A stretch of 64,000 nt of DNA from Paraspadella gotoi. Lineage: Eukaryota > Animalia > Chaetognatha. A program made the translations under genes and the position numbers. The notes beneath the pieces were generated by a model. The model saw only the letters and a program-made list of their open reading frames with translations. It was not told the DNA's origin and did not search any database. Within the stretch, counting starts at the first letter, position 1. Each line of letters opens with the position of its first letter. Below are positions 39,674 to 52,313 of this stretch, piece by piece. The stretch is from positions 9,673,530 to 9,737,529 of the forward strand of contig CM119270.1 in NCBI GenBank assembly GCA_051294375.1. Direction: 5' to 3'.

Positions 39674-40549
39674 TATAATAGTTTCTTCTACGGAGAATGA
39701 AAATGTAGACAAATTTGACCTTTTTTTTACAAGGTAGAATGTACAAATACCAAATAATCTATAATGTTTCAATGCGCGACGAAAGATGGACTCACAAGGC
39801 GTCGCATTTCAACAAGTTTTTCGTGTATCCAAGTCGGTATAGTAACTGTATCGGTTGCTAAATTATATATATTTGCATCAAATTCAAAAGACTCTTATTA
39901 AAGCATTGTGCAAGTCAATAACCTAAAGACACAAACTCGAATATTTTTTTTAAGTTCTTATTGAGGCCGAGCTCCCTGAGGTCATGTGGCCGTTGAGGGA
40001 AAAGAGAGTGAGAGAGTCGAGGGAGCTCGGCCTCATTATGTAATTTTCGAGTACTATCTATAGAGTCAATATCTGTCAACCAACTCCAATGGTAATGTGA
40101 CTATACTAACTCCTAAAGCAAATTTCACCTCCACTTCATATCATTTAAACTTAAAATTAATAAAAGAAGGCAAATTTAATTTGGATTTTAAGACATTGAT
40201 TTAATCAATACAAAAACTATGAGACAATCTTTAAAGAGGAATTTCTTGATAAGATTTAATCAAGCCATACGTGTCTCGGAATGAATAACGAACGGGCTGT
40301 TAGAAGTTTGTTAGTAAAACTTTTAACTCGTTTTTAATTAAATATACACAATGAACTATAACCTATTCATTTACAAAAAATCGATCAATTCAATTCCATC
40401 CAGGGTGGATAATGCGCAAAATATTAGGAAAACAATTAAACTGAGTTAAACTGAATTTCATCTACAACTACAAGCAGTTGCGCTTTTTAAATAAAAAACA
40501 AGTTGGAAGTTAACTCTCTCTCAGGAGATCTCAGACATAATCCACTTAA

Positions 40550-41261
40550 GGGGACCCAGTGATAAAAATGATATCATAAGCTTAAGTGTGTATCATCAAA
40601 AGAATTTGAATGGTGATAATCATTAATTTTATTTATATAGGAAAATGGCAAAAAAATTCTTATATATTATATAAAAAAAAATAATTGATCCTAAATATTT
40701 ATATGATCCATTATTTTATTTTTGGTATAAAAATTTTTTTTTTAATTCTAAATTTTTATTTTTTATTATACAAAACTATAATTTTAGGTTTAAAAATCGT
40801 TGAACAAAAGCTTTACTAAACTAATATTTTTTTTATATTTATTAAAAACAGAAAAATCAAACCTAAATGTTATTTTTAAAAATTAAACCTAAATTCTATT
40901 CTTACAAAAACAAAACTGCAATAACCATTCATTAATATTCCTTTTTATTTTTTAAAAATATTAATAAACTATATTAATTCCTAATTATAATAATTCATAA
41001 TTTAGCAAAAATACAAAACTTATCTTTTATTATATTTATATTACTTCAAAAAATTTTATTTTTATCAAATTAACAGAATCACTTAAAAAAATATTTAAAT
41101 ACAATTAATTTATATAAAAATTAAGCGAGCGGATTATATTAAATTTTTTAACCAATTCCCTAAATGATTATAAAAAAAAAATCATATGGTCAGAAAAAGC
41201 TTAAGTTAAAGGATCAAATGTTATGATTTCAGCTTTTTACCCCCCGGGTCACTTGGTCCCC
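40550..41261. mobile_element. MITE with TTAA target-site duplication and GGGGACC(C/A)AGTGA TIRs (Kolobok-like)
   Basis: TTAA at 40546-40549 and 41262-41265. 12 of 13 TIR bases match, and the termini are RR...YY. Confidence 0.7.
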
Positions 41262-41293
41262 TTAAATTAATTCTCCTTCATTTTAATATAAAA

Positions 41294-42490
41294 CTAGTTT
41301 TGATTGGTGTGTAGTAACATATGACGAGATAAAAAACGTTTTCGTTTTGTAACGTAATCACAGTCTTCACATTTAAAAATTTTTGGATGCCTATTGTGTT
41401 TTTCCAAATGAATCTTCATTATTCCCTTATAATTTGCTGTATAATCACATTGATTACATTTAAAAATCTTGCCGTTTTCATGTTTTTGCATATGATTTGT
41501 CAGATATCTTTTTCTTTTTGCCGCATATTCACACTGAGGACATTTAAATGGCTTTTCATCAGAATGTTTTGTCATATGAAAGTTTAGCTCAGTCTTAGAT
41601 GTCGTTGCAAATTTACATAATTGACATTTATGAGGTCTGATGCCTGTGTGTATCATTAAATGTCGTTTTAAGTCCATCTTAGTTTTTGTAGAATATTCAC
41701 ATTGAGGACACTTGAATGGCTTTTCATCCGAGTGCTTCAACATGTGCTTCGAAAGATTCCTTTTTACATTTGTAGCATAATCACACTGATTACACTTGAA
41801 AGACATGGAATCAGAATGTGTCATCAAATGAACATTTAGGTTACTTTTTAAATTTGCCGAGTAGTCGCATTTATCACATTTAAATAGCCTGACGTTAGAA
41901 TGTGTTATCATATGTCTTTGGAGATTCCTTTTTAATTTTGCAGTATAGCCACATTGATCACATTTGTAAAGCTTTTCTTCTGGAGGACTAACCTTGTCTT
42001 CTTCTGATTTCTGATTGATTTCTGAGGCAGCATCTTGTTGATCGCCTGCCTGTATATCGAAATGATCAAATAAATGATATTCTAAATCTTTTTTTCTTAT
42101 TGCTGCAAAGTCACACTGATTACATCTGAATGATTTAAAATTGTGCCGAGTTAACAGATGACTTCTCAAAGCTTGTTGAGTTTTTGCAGCATATCTACAA
42201 ATACCACATTTGATTGGTCTGGCATCACTGTGACTTAGTAAATGTCTCGAAAGTTTTGTTTTTGAATCAGTTCTATAATTACAGAGAATGCATTTGTAAG
42301 TGTTGGCAGTATTGTGTGTTAGCATATGCTGACTAAAAAGCGTTTTTGATGCCGATGAAAAGCCACATTTAACGCATTGAAGTTTCAAAAGCCGAAATTT
42401 TAGACGAGGCGCCGATGGCTTTGCGGCATAAGTATGATCCATTGCATTTTTCTTGACTTCAAATGTGCTTTCAGTTACTTCAGTATCCAT
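41294..42490 (-). CDS. Intronless C2H2 zinc-finger protein, 398 aa, 12 fingers (4 + acidic spacer + 8), nested in a dynein intron
   Basis: Uninterrupted ORF with 12 CxxCx12Hx3-4H units, mostly of the CxxCxY type, and linkers such as HSDEKPFKC and HTGIRPHKC. Confidence 0.93.
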   Translation of the reverse strand: MDTEVTESTFEVKKNAMDHTYAAKPSAPRLKFRLLKLQCVKCGFSSASKTLFSQHMLTHNTANTYKCILCNYRTDSKTKLSRHLLSHSDARPIKCGICRYAAKTQQALRSHLLTRHNFKSFRCNQCDFAAIRKKDLEYHLFDHFDIQAGDQQDAASEINQKSEEDKVSPPEEKLYKCDQCGYTAKLKRNLQRHMITHSNVRLFKCDKCDYSANLKSNLNVHLMTHSDSMSFKCNQCDYATNVKRNLSKHMLKHSDEKPFKCPQCEYSTKTKMDLKRHLMIHTGIRPHKCQLCKFATTSKTELNFHMTKHSDEKPFKCPQCEYAAKRKRYLTNHMQKHENGKIFKCNQCDYTANYKGIMKIHLEKHNRHPKIFKCEDCDYVTKRKRFLSRHMLLHTNQN

Positions 42491-44172
42491 TATGAACTTT
42501 ACGAGGATTATTGCTTAAAATTCGAGTAGCCAGTGTGTACGTAGTTGAGTTTATATCCACTTTTTTATTTATTTTTTTTCTTTCATGACACGATGCCTTG
42601 CATGTTTTCGGCCATTAAGGCTTTGGAAGATCAATTTCGATTCATAGATTGCAACTGGATGAAAAAAAGGAATTCATTTTGTTGATGGAAAGTAAGAAGT
42701 TTCCCAAAAATGAGTAAATGCGTGTTTTGTACGAGCGATAAAGAACGATTGAGATAAAGAATAATTTCCAAAGAGACGCGAAACTAAGCAGAAATTACAA
42801 GCAGCCCAAACAATCGAGAAAAACGAATGGGGAGAGAGGAAGAGGAGAAGGTAAAAGAAATTAAGGAGAGAAGGAAGAGAAAGTGGAAAACCGTTGAGTC
42901 GGACAAAAGAGCATCGATAGCATAGCATAGCATCGAGAGCTAAAATAAGAAAAACAAAATTTCTTCCTCGGAATCGACATAAATAAATTTAAAACGAAAT
43001 GATTGTTTGGTAATGGCAATTAAATATGCATTGTAGTTGACTCAAGTGACGAATTTTTTTAGCAAAAAATATCTACAAGGAAACAAAAAAAGGTTATATA
43101 AAATAAAAGAAAAGAAAAGAATAGTAAAAACCAAAAAGAGAAAAAACAATAACAATTCAATGATCAATGTTAAAGAGAGTGATGTGAAACCTGACCCAAG
43201 GTCAGGTGGTCGAATAATGGGCAGTCGTCGGTGTTGTGGTCGTTAGTCGTTATTGTTGTCATCGTCACTTTAATGAATATCAAACATCACTTTAGGATTC
43301 AACATCATTTAATTACGTCATTACTAATATAGTAATATTTCATTTTAATTAATTCATAAATTAACTGATTGGATCAGTTATTTTAGGCTGGAAATGTGAG
43401 TTACTTAGTTAAGAATAGCCTTTCTTTCATCTTCGTTGCTGAAAGCAATAGTCGTTAAAAATTTAAAATGTAAAAATTTTATTAACAACTAAACAATATT
43501 CTGTAAAATCTGTAAAATATTTTTATATTTATAATATTGTTGGGCTTATTTTAATTTTAATTTTTATGGCTCAAAGCAGAAAAGCCGCCAACTATAGACG
43601 AAGGCGAATTCTCGAGTCCGCATTTCGGTAATTGATTATGAAGAGACGTGAGTAGATTGCGCGACCCGCGATTCTCATTGAATAGAGACTCATCCGTCTT
43701 TGTCATGCGATAAGAACGAAAATAGATCAGAAATGTTATGGCAGAGTCGATTGACTGAATTAATTATAAAACCGCGTCAAAACATACTGAAATCGTGGAG
43801 AAAATCTGAACTCGATTTACGAATCATGTTTCTTATTTTGTTCCTAACAAACGATAAAAAAATTTGGATTCTCATTTTGTCTTTCTCTTTACTTTATTCT
43901 TTAATTCATTTGTGAGAAATCACGGGGTCACAAGTTTACTCACTTTCAAAATCAATCACCCTGACTCTAACCTCTGTCCAGATCGTTGTCAGGGAAAAAT
44001 TCCGAGACCCCTGGCCCTGGCTATCGGCTAACTTTTCACATAAAATGACAAGAAAACTTAAACGCACGTCAATGGAAAGAAACACCAATCTCATACGTAA
44101 AACTCTGTGATCAAAACCTTGCGTTAACTAAATAAAAGGATACCGGTCCATGGCGGGCTCGTTGTTCGTCGT

Positions 44173-44258
44173 TATTTATGAAATTGGTACAACCAATATA
44201 AACATTATCAATTCATTTAATAAATAAGCTATCTTTCCTCTGACTTTGGACAGGCTTA
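44173..44258 (+). repeat. Dispersed roughly 85-bp repeat (other copies at 52850-52925 + and 56182-56262 -)
   Basis: Shared aaattggtacaaccaatata..aataagctatctt..gacaggct. Confidence 0.7.
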
Positions 44259-44279
44259 AGATATAGTGAGTTACATACT

Positions 44280-44885
44280 AATTACTAGAGTGATGTGAAA
44301 CTAATAAAATTTTAGAAAATTAAAATTTAGCATATAAAAGATGAAAATAAAAACCAATAAAAATACTTTAGTAAATTTATTTTTTTAATTTTATACATTA
44401 GTGGGCACAATGAGCTTAATTTATATATAGTAATAAGTATAAAATAAGCTTAAATTTAAAACAAAATTTTTAAATTTTAAGATCGGATTTGGATTTCTTG
44501 CAAAAAGTTGATATAAAAAATATTATTCTTTTTTAAAAATTTTTTTATTAAGTTGGTTAAAAATATAAAAAAAACTATATTTAAAACATCGATTTTTAAT
44601 TTCTAGTTTAAAAATTTATTTTTTTATAATTTTAACTTACTTAATAACATAATTTTTGAAAAAGATTTATATTTTATTTATAAAGTTTTTTACGAGGAAT
44701 CTGAATCTGTTCTAAGAATTAAAAAAAAATTGAAATTTTAGCATTATATACAAAATAAGCTGACTTGGCCAAAATATTTGTAAAAAAAAACAAACAAACT
44801 ACAGATTAGTATTCACTAATATGATAGTTTTCAAGATATAACTGAATTTTGATTCCAAACTTTCACTTCACCCTACTAATTACTG
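44280..44885. mobile_element. AT-rich MITE with imperfect TIRs and an internal palindrome
   Basis: taattactagagtgatgtgaaac versus the reverse complement taattagtagggtgaagtgaaag. Inner arms at about 44460-44560 and 44630-44730. Confidence 0.55.
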
Positions 44886-45581
44886 CACAAAGCCTCTAAT
44901 GTAGCTGAGACAAACACAATTCTCATGTCCTATCTTGTCTTTCCTCCTCACTTTTCCGTCTCTCTCCATTCCTCCTGACTCCACTCAAGCGTCTGTTCCT
45001 TCGCAAATCGAGTGATTTATATAAGTCGCGTCTTGTCACGGTCCATTGGTCGCGTGTCACTCTATTGAAGAGATCTTGCCACGTCCAGCGACACGCACTA
45101 AACCGTGACGCCACGCATCGGAATTTTCCTCTTCGTTCACTCGATTCACGGCGTCATTCTTCACGCGTCGCCATTCTCTTTCAAATTCACGCGTTCGCTT
45201 TTCATTCCGGTGACATTCAGCGTCATATTCAAAGGTCTGCCGTCTGTGGAGATCGTTTTCTAGATCTGCGTTATTTTTGTAACAGGTTTGCTTTCTCAAA
45301 TTTTAAACGTCTAAAACATTTATATGACAAGTAAGTTATTCATGACTTTTTTACATACTCCCCAGAGTCGATATTACCGAAATTTAGCAAGGCTAATCGC
45401 TACAGCGTCGTTTCCATCCATTAACTAATCACGGGTCGACCTTGACCAAACTCAAAGTTCTCGTTTCGTCTCGTTTTCGTCCCAGTCATCGGCATGTACA
45501 TCTCCAGCAATCATACATAATTCTCTTCAACCCCTTAACTCCACCCATTACCCACTACCCACTACCCGCCTAATTTCTTAC

Positions 45582-45774
45582 CTTGATATCCTCCCTCCAT
45601 TCTGCCTTCCCGTAATTCTTTGTGATTTCCGGTTGGAAGAGGGCGTAACCCGCCATAGCAGTGGCCAGTCTGGTGAGCGACTGGCGCCCGGATCCTCCGA
45701 CGCCCACGAGGAGAGCGTTGCCTCCGGGCGTGCGGAGGATGCGGCAGATGCGCGACAGGTGCTCCAGGACGTAC
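45582..45774 (-). CDS. DNAH12: Axonemal dynein heavy chain exon (AAA4 Walker A): [64 protein letters not shown]
   Basis: Manual translation. cag|G acceptor and AAG|gtaag donor, 193 nt, phase 2->0. [21 protein letters not shown] is the dynein AAA4 P-loop. [11 protein letters not shown] matches my recollection of DNAH12 rather than DNAH3/7. Confidence 0.92.
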
Positions 45775-46031
45775 CTGATAGGATAAGTGGGGGGAAGAGA
45801 GTAGGATGTGTTAGATTGTGAAAAATACTATGAGTTGATAATTTTGGTTTCTTACAATATATTTCTTGAAATATTATAAAAAGTATAAAGAAATTATAAA
45901 AATAATATTATCTTTTTTTACATAAAAAAAATGAACTGTACATATGATCCGCCGGTCGACATCGATTTAAAGACATTAAATCTGACCCTATATCGCCTTT
46001 GCTTGGGATTTTTTGTTCCCTTTTCTTTAAT

Positions 46032-46091
<60 letters not shown>

Positions 46092-46444
46092 CAACGACAA
46101 CGAGGGACGCTGGTTGATCAATGGAGAAGCAGTTTTCAATAAAGAATTAATGGGGATGTAGAGAAGGACGGCAAAACAAAAGAACAATCATTTTACATTA
46201 AATTATATCAACTAAAGCAAACAAACCACATAGTAAAATGTAAGAAGGAAATTCAAAAAATATCTTTTCCAAGTTTGGAACTTTTCAATCTCTATAAAAA
46301 TTTTATCTTTACTGATGCAAATTAAAATTTCATACTGCTATGTAAAATTGTGAAAATTCAAATTTTTTTCTGAATGGAATGCTTCGGTCCCAATGCCTTT
46401 TGAGCATTGAATCGACATAATCACATTTCCATGATTTTAATCTG

Positions 46445-46483
<39 letters not shown>

Positions 46484-46602
46484 TCTCTCTCTCTCTCTCT
46501 CCTCTTTTTTTTTTTTTCAGCTAGGTGACAGAATAGACTATTCATTATCTGCCCAAGGCTTCAACCTTCGTCAAAGAATTTCTCTCTCTCTCTCTACTTT
46601 CT

Positions 46603-46683
<81 letters not shown>

Positions 46684-49600
46684 CACTGGAAAGATAACCT
46701 TTGCGCCCATTCCACCAATTGCCTCTCTCTAGGATTGGACGGCGGCTTAGGAAGGAATAGATCCTGTGGATGCTTTAGTCTCACTCTCTCTCACTCTTTC
46801 TCTCCCTATCTTCATCTATCTTTCTCGTGATGGCAGTACCTATTGTTGGCAACGTCGTTTTCGCAGCAATTTTGTGGCTTTTTATCGATATCATTGCGAG
46901 AATCTTCGTCGCTATCGTCATTGTTTTCTGATAAACTTTATTGCTTATATCTTTGTTGCAGTCACATTCTTAATTATAATTATATATAGAGATCGTTTTC
47001 GGTTTCATTATTTCAGGTCTTATTTTACTGGCATTTATGTCGTTTATGAATCATCAAAATTTCAATCAGTGCGCAGATTGCACTGTGCAGTGTGCATCAA
47101 AGCCATTGCGCTTTCATCTTCGTTCACTTCTAGCGACATCTTCCCCTCAACTTGTTTTCTTCGCCTCAATGCGTTATTTTCGTCGTCGCCGTCTTTGTCG
47201 TCGTTAAAATAGTCTTGGCCCCTTGTCGTTGTTGTTCGTTGTTGTAGTCGTGGTGTCTCATTAACCTCTCGGGTCAAAGACTCCTTTTTTCTCTCTTCCT
47301 TTTTTTGGGAGGGAATCAGTATTCCTTACGGAGAGTGGCTGTATTCGGTGCTCGCTTTCTCTACTGGTATAAGCAGGTTTTTGAGTGACGTGGGCGAAAA
47401 AGAAGATGGATCTCACTACTCTGCGCCTTACTCTCTTTCACGCAAAAATGTGTGAAATTAACTTTACCGAAGCGTCACGCGATTCCGATCACGCGTCGAT
47501 GTTAACGAGATTTTAGGGTCACGTGATGACTTTCACGTGCCTACCAGCCGACCGATTTCTTACCGATATACGTCACGTCTCGAACCTCGTTCTGACTATT
47601 GGTAAATCGGCTATTCAAGCGAAGTCCGATATCCCTATTCTGGTGTGGTGATGAAACTGTCATCCTTCTCGGTTAAAAAAGAATTGGAAGAACGGCACTT
47701 TTTTTCAAAGAAGCCCCCTTAGCTGGCGGCGCTCCTGAAGCAGCGGACTCAAACACACGCACAATAATCGTATCTTTTGCTGCTCCATCGTCGTTTTATG
47801 CATCACTCCTTTTGTTGTCACTCTCACAGTCGCAACTGCTTCCTCCATCGTTCAAACTACCGTCATCGTTTCTGTCGATCCCGATCCTGACGGAGGCTTA
47901 ATTCTTTCTTCTCGCTGAGTCACCCAGCAAGCCAGAATTTTGTTGTTGCAAAAGTAGAGTCGGAAAAAAAAACCTAACTCTAATCCCAACCCTAATCCCT
48001 AATATCTATTCCCTAAATTAACCTTAACCCTAACCGAAACCCTAAACAATTAATCCATCTTTCAAATTATCGTTGTCGTTTTTATCGATCCCGATCCTGA
48101 CTCTAAGCCATCCAGCCAGAAAGAGAGAGAGAGAGAGATTCACTGCTCCGTCATACGGCAAGGGGGCATCGAAGAGCATTTCGCCCAAAAGTCCTCATAA
48201 AAAAAAATTACGAGATTCATTTAAATTTAATTTGTCTTCATTTCATTTTGATATATATAATTCAGCGGATAAATAAAAATTCATAATCCTTACCTTATTC
48301 TTGTTTAATTCAAGTATAATATCCGACTCAACAAGATTCTCCTTTAGAATTGAAACCAACTCAATTTTAGTTGACTGAATAGCATCGCAGAGGAATCCCT
48401 GTCTACTTACTTAAATGATAGATTAACACACCCGTGGGATCTTTACCCTCCAAATAAAAAAATAAAATTAAAAGTACAATTTACAAGTTAATAGATGGCA
48501 TCGTTAATATTTACGTATCTTTTCACTCTCATATTTTTTATACGTTTATATAAGTTTCCTAGTCATGTCAACTCGTTTTGAACGCCGCATTTTATTTTTT
48601 TTTTAATCGTTTTTCCTTTCTATCCGAGTTGAAACGTTCAGTAATCTAGAACTCCATTCGGTCTATTAAGTCTCGGGCGACTAAAAGTCAATTAAAGTCA
48701 AGATTAAACCTCAGCCAGTTTCCGAGTTAAAGACTCTCTTCACATTCGGAAAAGAACATTACATTAGGGTTTTTGTTAGGGTAACGTGAAGGAAAGGATG
48801 AACCCAGAGATGTTTCTCAACTTCACCGTTGATCGTTGATTCAAAGATGTGATACCTTGTCGCCCCGAATCTGCCGACGTTCATCTATCTCGTGGATTAT
48901 TGACTTATGACTTTGCTTGTTCTCGTGTTACCTCTCTCTCTCTCTTACTCTCTCTCGAAAATCTCATTGATCATTAATAATACTCCTGTTCTACCTATTG
49001 TAAAGAATACATTTTTTTCTCCTAAAATTTAGTCTATTTTTTTGTGTTGCCAAGATTGTTCAATATTCACATATCTAGATGATAGGTAACTGTTCAGTGT
49101 TCACCACCATTTTGCCGCCTCCCTCGTTGATCTGACTGAGCAGAGAGACGGAGAAAATTTAAGCTATTCTGTGTCTACCAAGCTCCGTCTTTTAGTCTTC
49201 TCCATTCCTCTTTCTTTCCATCCTACTCCATCCTTTTCATTCTATTATTTCCGACCACGCCTCCCACAACGGGCCCGACCCCGTATTTACGCCCACGCCT
49301 CCCACAACGGGCCCGACCCCGTATTTTCCTCGCCTCCATCGAAAGAGGGCGAAAGGAAAAAAAAGAGCATCGACGAGGGAATGGAAATTTGTACTGTGAA
49401 AGGCGAGTGGGCCTCATTGAAAAAAAATCAAAGAGTAGAACTGGAATAAAAAATTGTAAAAAAATACGGAAACGCTAGAAAAAAAATATTTTCCTCTTGG
49501 CCTGATCTAATATATATAATGTATATCTTGTTAATGTAAAATTAACCCCTCACACCATCGAGAAATGGAGTATTTTTCGACGTAAAAAAGAAGTAAAGAC

Positions 49601-50510
49601 GACAAAAGAAAAGAAGCAGAAGATTTTAGAAATTAATTTTCATTCATAGTCCGTTTTCAATTTAGCTCCGGCGTCCTCGTAAAAGACTTCGTCGTTTGGC
49701 CGAGAGTTCTTCATCTTGTGTTGGATGTATAATGAAAATTTTACGGCGAAAGAAAGAAAGGTAAAATGAAAAAAAAATAAAAAGAAAGAAAATCAGAAAG
49801 AAAAAATATATAATGGAAATCTAGTGAATAAAGGAAAGATTGACGAAAGGAATTTGCTATAGAATTAGAAATCTGGAAAATGGAGACGAAAAGTTTGTCG
49901 ACGAAAGAATCGGAGGTAAAATCAACTTGAAGGATGACGGATACAATGGAAGTAGAAATTGGGAAGTGAAGGAAAAAATAAAGTAAACGATTATAAAAAG
50001 TCGAAAGATAAATTATGTAAGAAATATGAAATGTAAAAAAATAAAGAATGTAAAAGAATGAGAAGTGTAGAAGAATAAACGTTAATGTACAGTTGCGGAT
50101 GACATAAATATTAAATTTACAACGTAAAATAATGGCTCGCGTCAAGTACTTCAAAAATGTACCGAATCTGGAGGAGAGCTTGGTAAGGTTTTCTATAACC
50201 TAAAATGAATCACATTACGGAACATTTACGGGTTTCGTTTTTGAGATTCATCTTTCACAGTTTGAGGATGGAGGATATGACTTTCTTACATCTCCGTATC
50301 ACTGCCCTAAAAATAAGAATCTCATCTATCCGGTCACGCTCCAATTGTAAGGTTCCTTCGTCACGCGTTTATGCTTCACGCAAATCATGTCACAGGAAAA
50401 ACAGTTTTTTTCGCTCTCTCTCTCTTTTTATCTCTCTCCTTCGTCGCTGGGTAGAACTAGAAGCAATAAATGGAAATGCGCCTCGTCCAAACGTGAAGAC
50501 GAAGGGAACC

Positions 50511-50650
<140 letters not shown>

Positions 50651-51778
50651 ATTAAAGAGAGACAAAAGAATAAGGAGAGATGAGAGATATACAAAGATTT
50701 TCCCCCAGGAGACGCTTTACAAAATTTTTCTTAACTTTCTGTTTTATTTATATTTTCTTTCGCTTATTATTAACAAATTATTTCGTAATTTTATTCCTTT
50801 AGTTTTTTTATTTATTTACTTCCTTAATTTATCTCCTTATTCATCAGTTAGTGATCCTTCCTTTATTCACGCCGCTCATCCCGATCATCCTCTTCAATCT
50901 CCAGTTTTTCTCTTCCTTCCTTTCTCCTCCTCTTCCTCCCTTTTTCCTCCTCTTCCTCCCTCCTCTTCCTCTCAACCATCATCTCACGCTTTCCCTCGCG
51001 ATTCTTTCCTTCTTTTTTTTTCACGGACATTTCCGATTCGCAAATATTTCACAATGGAGTCGATGCTGTCACTGGAATTAAAGCAAATACGATTAAACAA
51101 ATAAATAATTCAATTGATTATAAAAAAAATTAATTGAAAAAAAATCATCGAAATAAATATTTTGCAAATTTTATTTCGTCGATGCCTTACGACTTTTTCA
51201 AGACGACCATAATTTTTCCTTAATTTTTTTCTAGCTTCAGATGGTACGACGACATTAGCCGAAAAATTAGCTATTTGTCTCTTTTAAATTTCACTTCCAA
51301 GATAACTAATTTGAAACCTTTAAATTTTAATCAGATAAGAAATTAATAATTTATAGCACAAAAAATATTTCTTCTTCAAAGTAAAGAGATGGAGATATAA
51401 TAGCAATGGAAAGGTTTCTCTGTCTTATGTCCTTGGATTCTCGGAGGTTTCTTAATGTTCAAGGTGGTAGATTTTTTCTTTGTCGTGGAAATTTCATCGG
51501 TTAGAATCTGTCTGTCTTTTGGTCTGTCTTTTGGTCTGTCTGTTGAGAAATTGTGAATCAACTGTCCTGAATATAAATTTTTTGTCCAACAGCTGTGGTA
51601 TCCTTAATTATTTTTGTAAAGTAGTACCAGTTATCAGATTAACATTTGACTAAAATGTAGTTTGATACAAAACTGAATTCGCTGAAACATCTCCATCCCA
51701 AAAAAAAACTATTTGTACATGAAATAATTTCTTGAAGACTTGAATGGAAAAATAATTTCAAGATATCGCATTCACTCA

Positions 51779-51846
<68 letters not shown>

Positions 51847-52159
51847 GCTCATTTTTTTCTCAGCCTCCTCCATGTCATTTCACGCCAAGAAAAAGCAAAA
51901 AATGAGAAATGTTTTTCTCTCACAAACGAAAAAAAAGTATCAGGTGTAAGAAAACGTTTAGCAGTTTAGCGTAGAAGGAAAGTTTTCTGGAATGGAAACG
52001 AGAATATTTATGGCTTCATGAGTTTAATCTTGAAAAATTCTGTTTTGAATAAAATACTCAGCAAGATTTCCGTTACTTCTACTGTACGTATTTTTGTTTT
52101 CTTCGACAATGTACTGAAGAGACAGTGATTATTGATATATGTTAATGACAGAATCGTTC

Positions 52160-52313
52160 AATATAAGCAGTCCTGAGCTTCGGATCAGGCTGTAACACCA
52201 TGTTACAGGCGGGTTAAGCGCCCCGTCCCTCTTAACTGCCAGACGACACCGGGCTAGAACCCCGACCTTTGGGTTGGGAGGCGGAATGACTTGCCTCCAG
52301 CACCAATGGCCGC
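52160..52313 (-). mobile_element. tRNA-derived SINE candidate
   Basis: The minus strand reads gcggccatTGGTGCTGGAGGcaagtcattccgcctcccaacccaaaggtcggGGTTCTAGCCCggtg. These are A-box-like and B-box-like motifs at tRNA spacing, followed by a GC-rich body. No clean cloverleaf. Confidence 0.5.

Noticed and set aside
45057-45299. 80-aa charged ORF as a coding exon
   Set aside because: No recognisable motif or convincing splice sites, and it is not needed for the dynein frame.
47975-48046. Telomere-like (CCCTAA) repeats
   Set aside because: Short, degenerate and interstitial, with no sign of a chromosome end or fusion.
49255-49326. 37-bp direct duplication
   Set aside because: A simple two-copy slippage with no further structure.
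52243-52313. Functional tRNA gene
   Set aside because: A- and B-box-like motifs are present but the stems do not pair into a cloverleaf. It is better explained as a SINE head.
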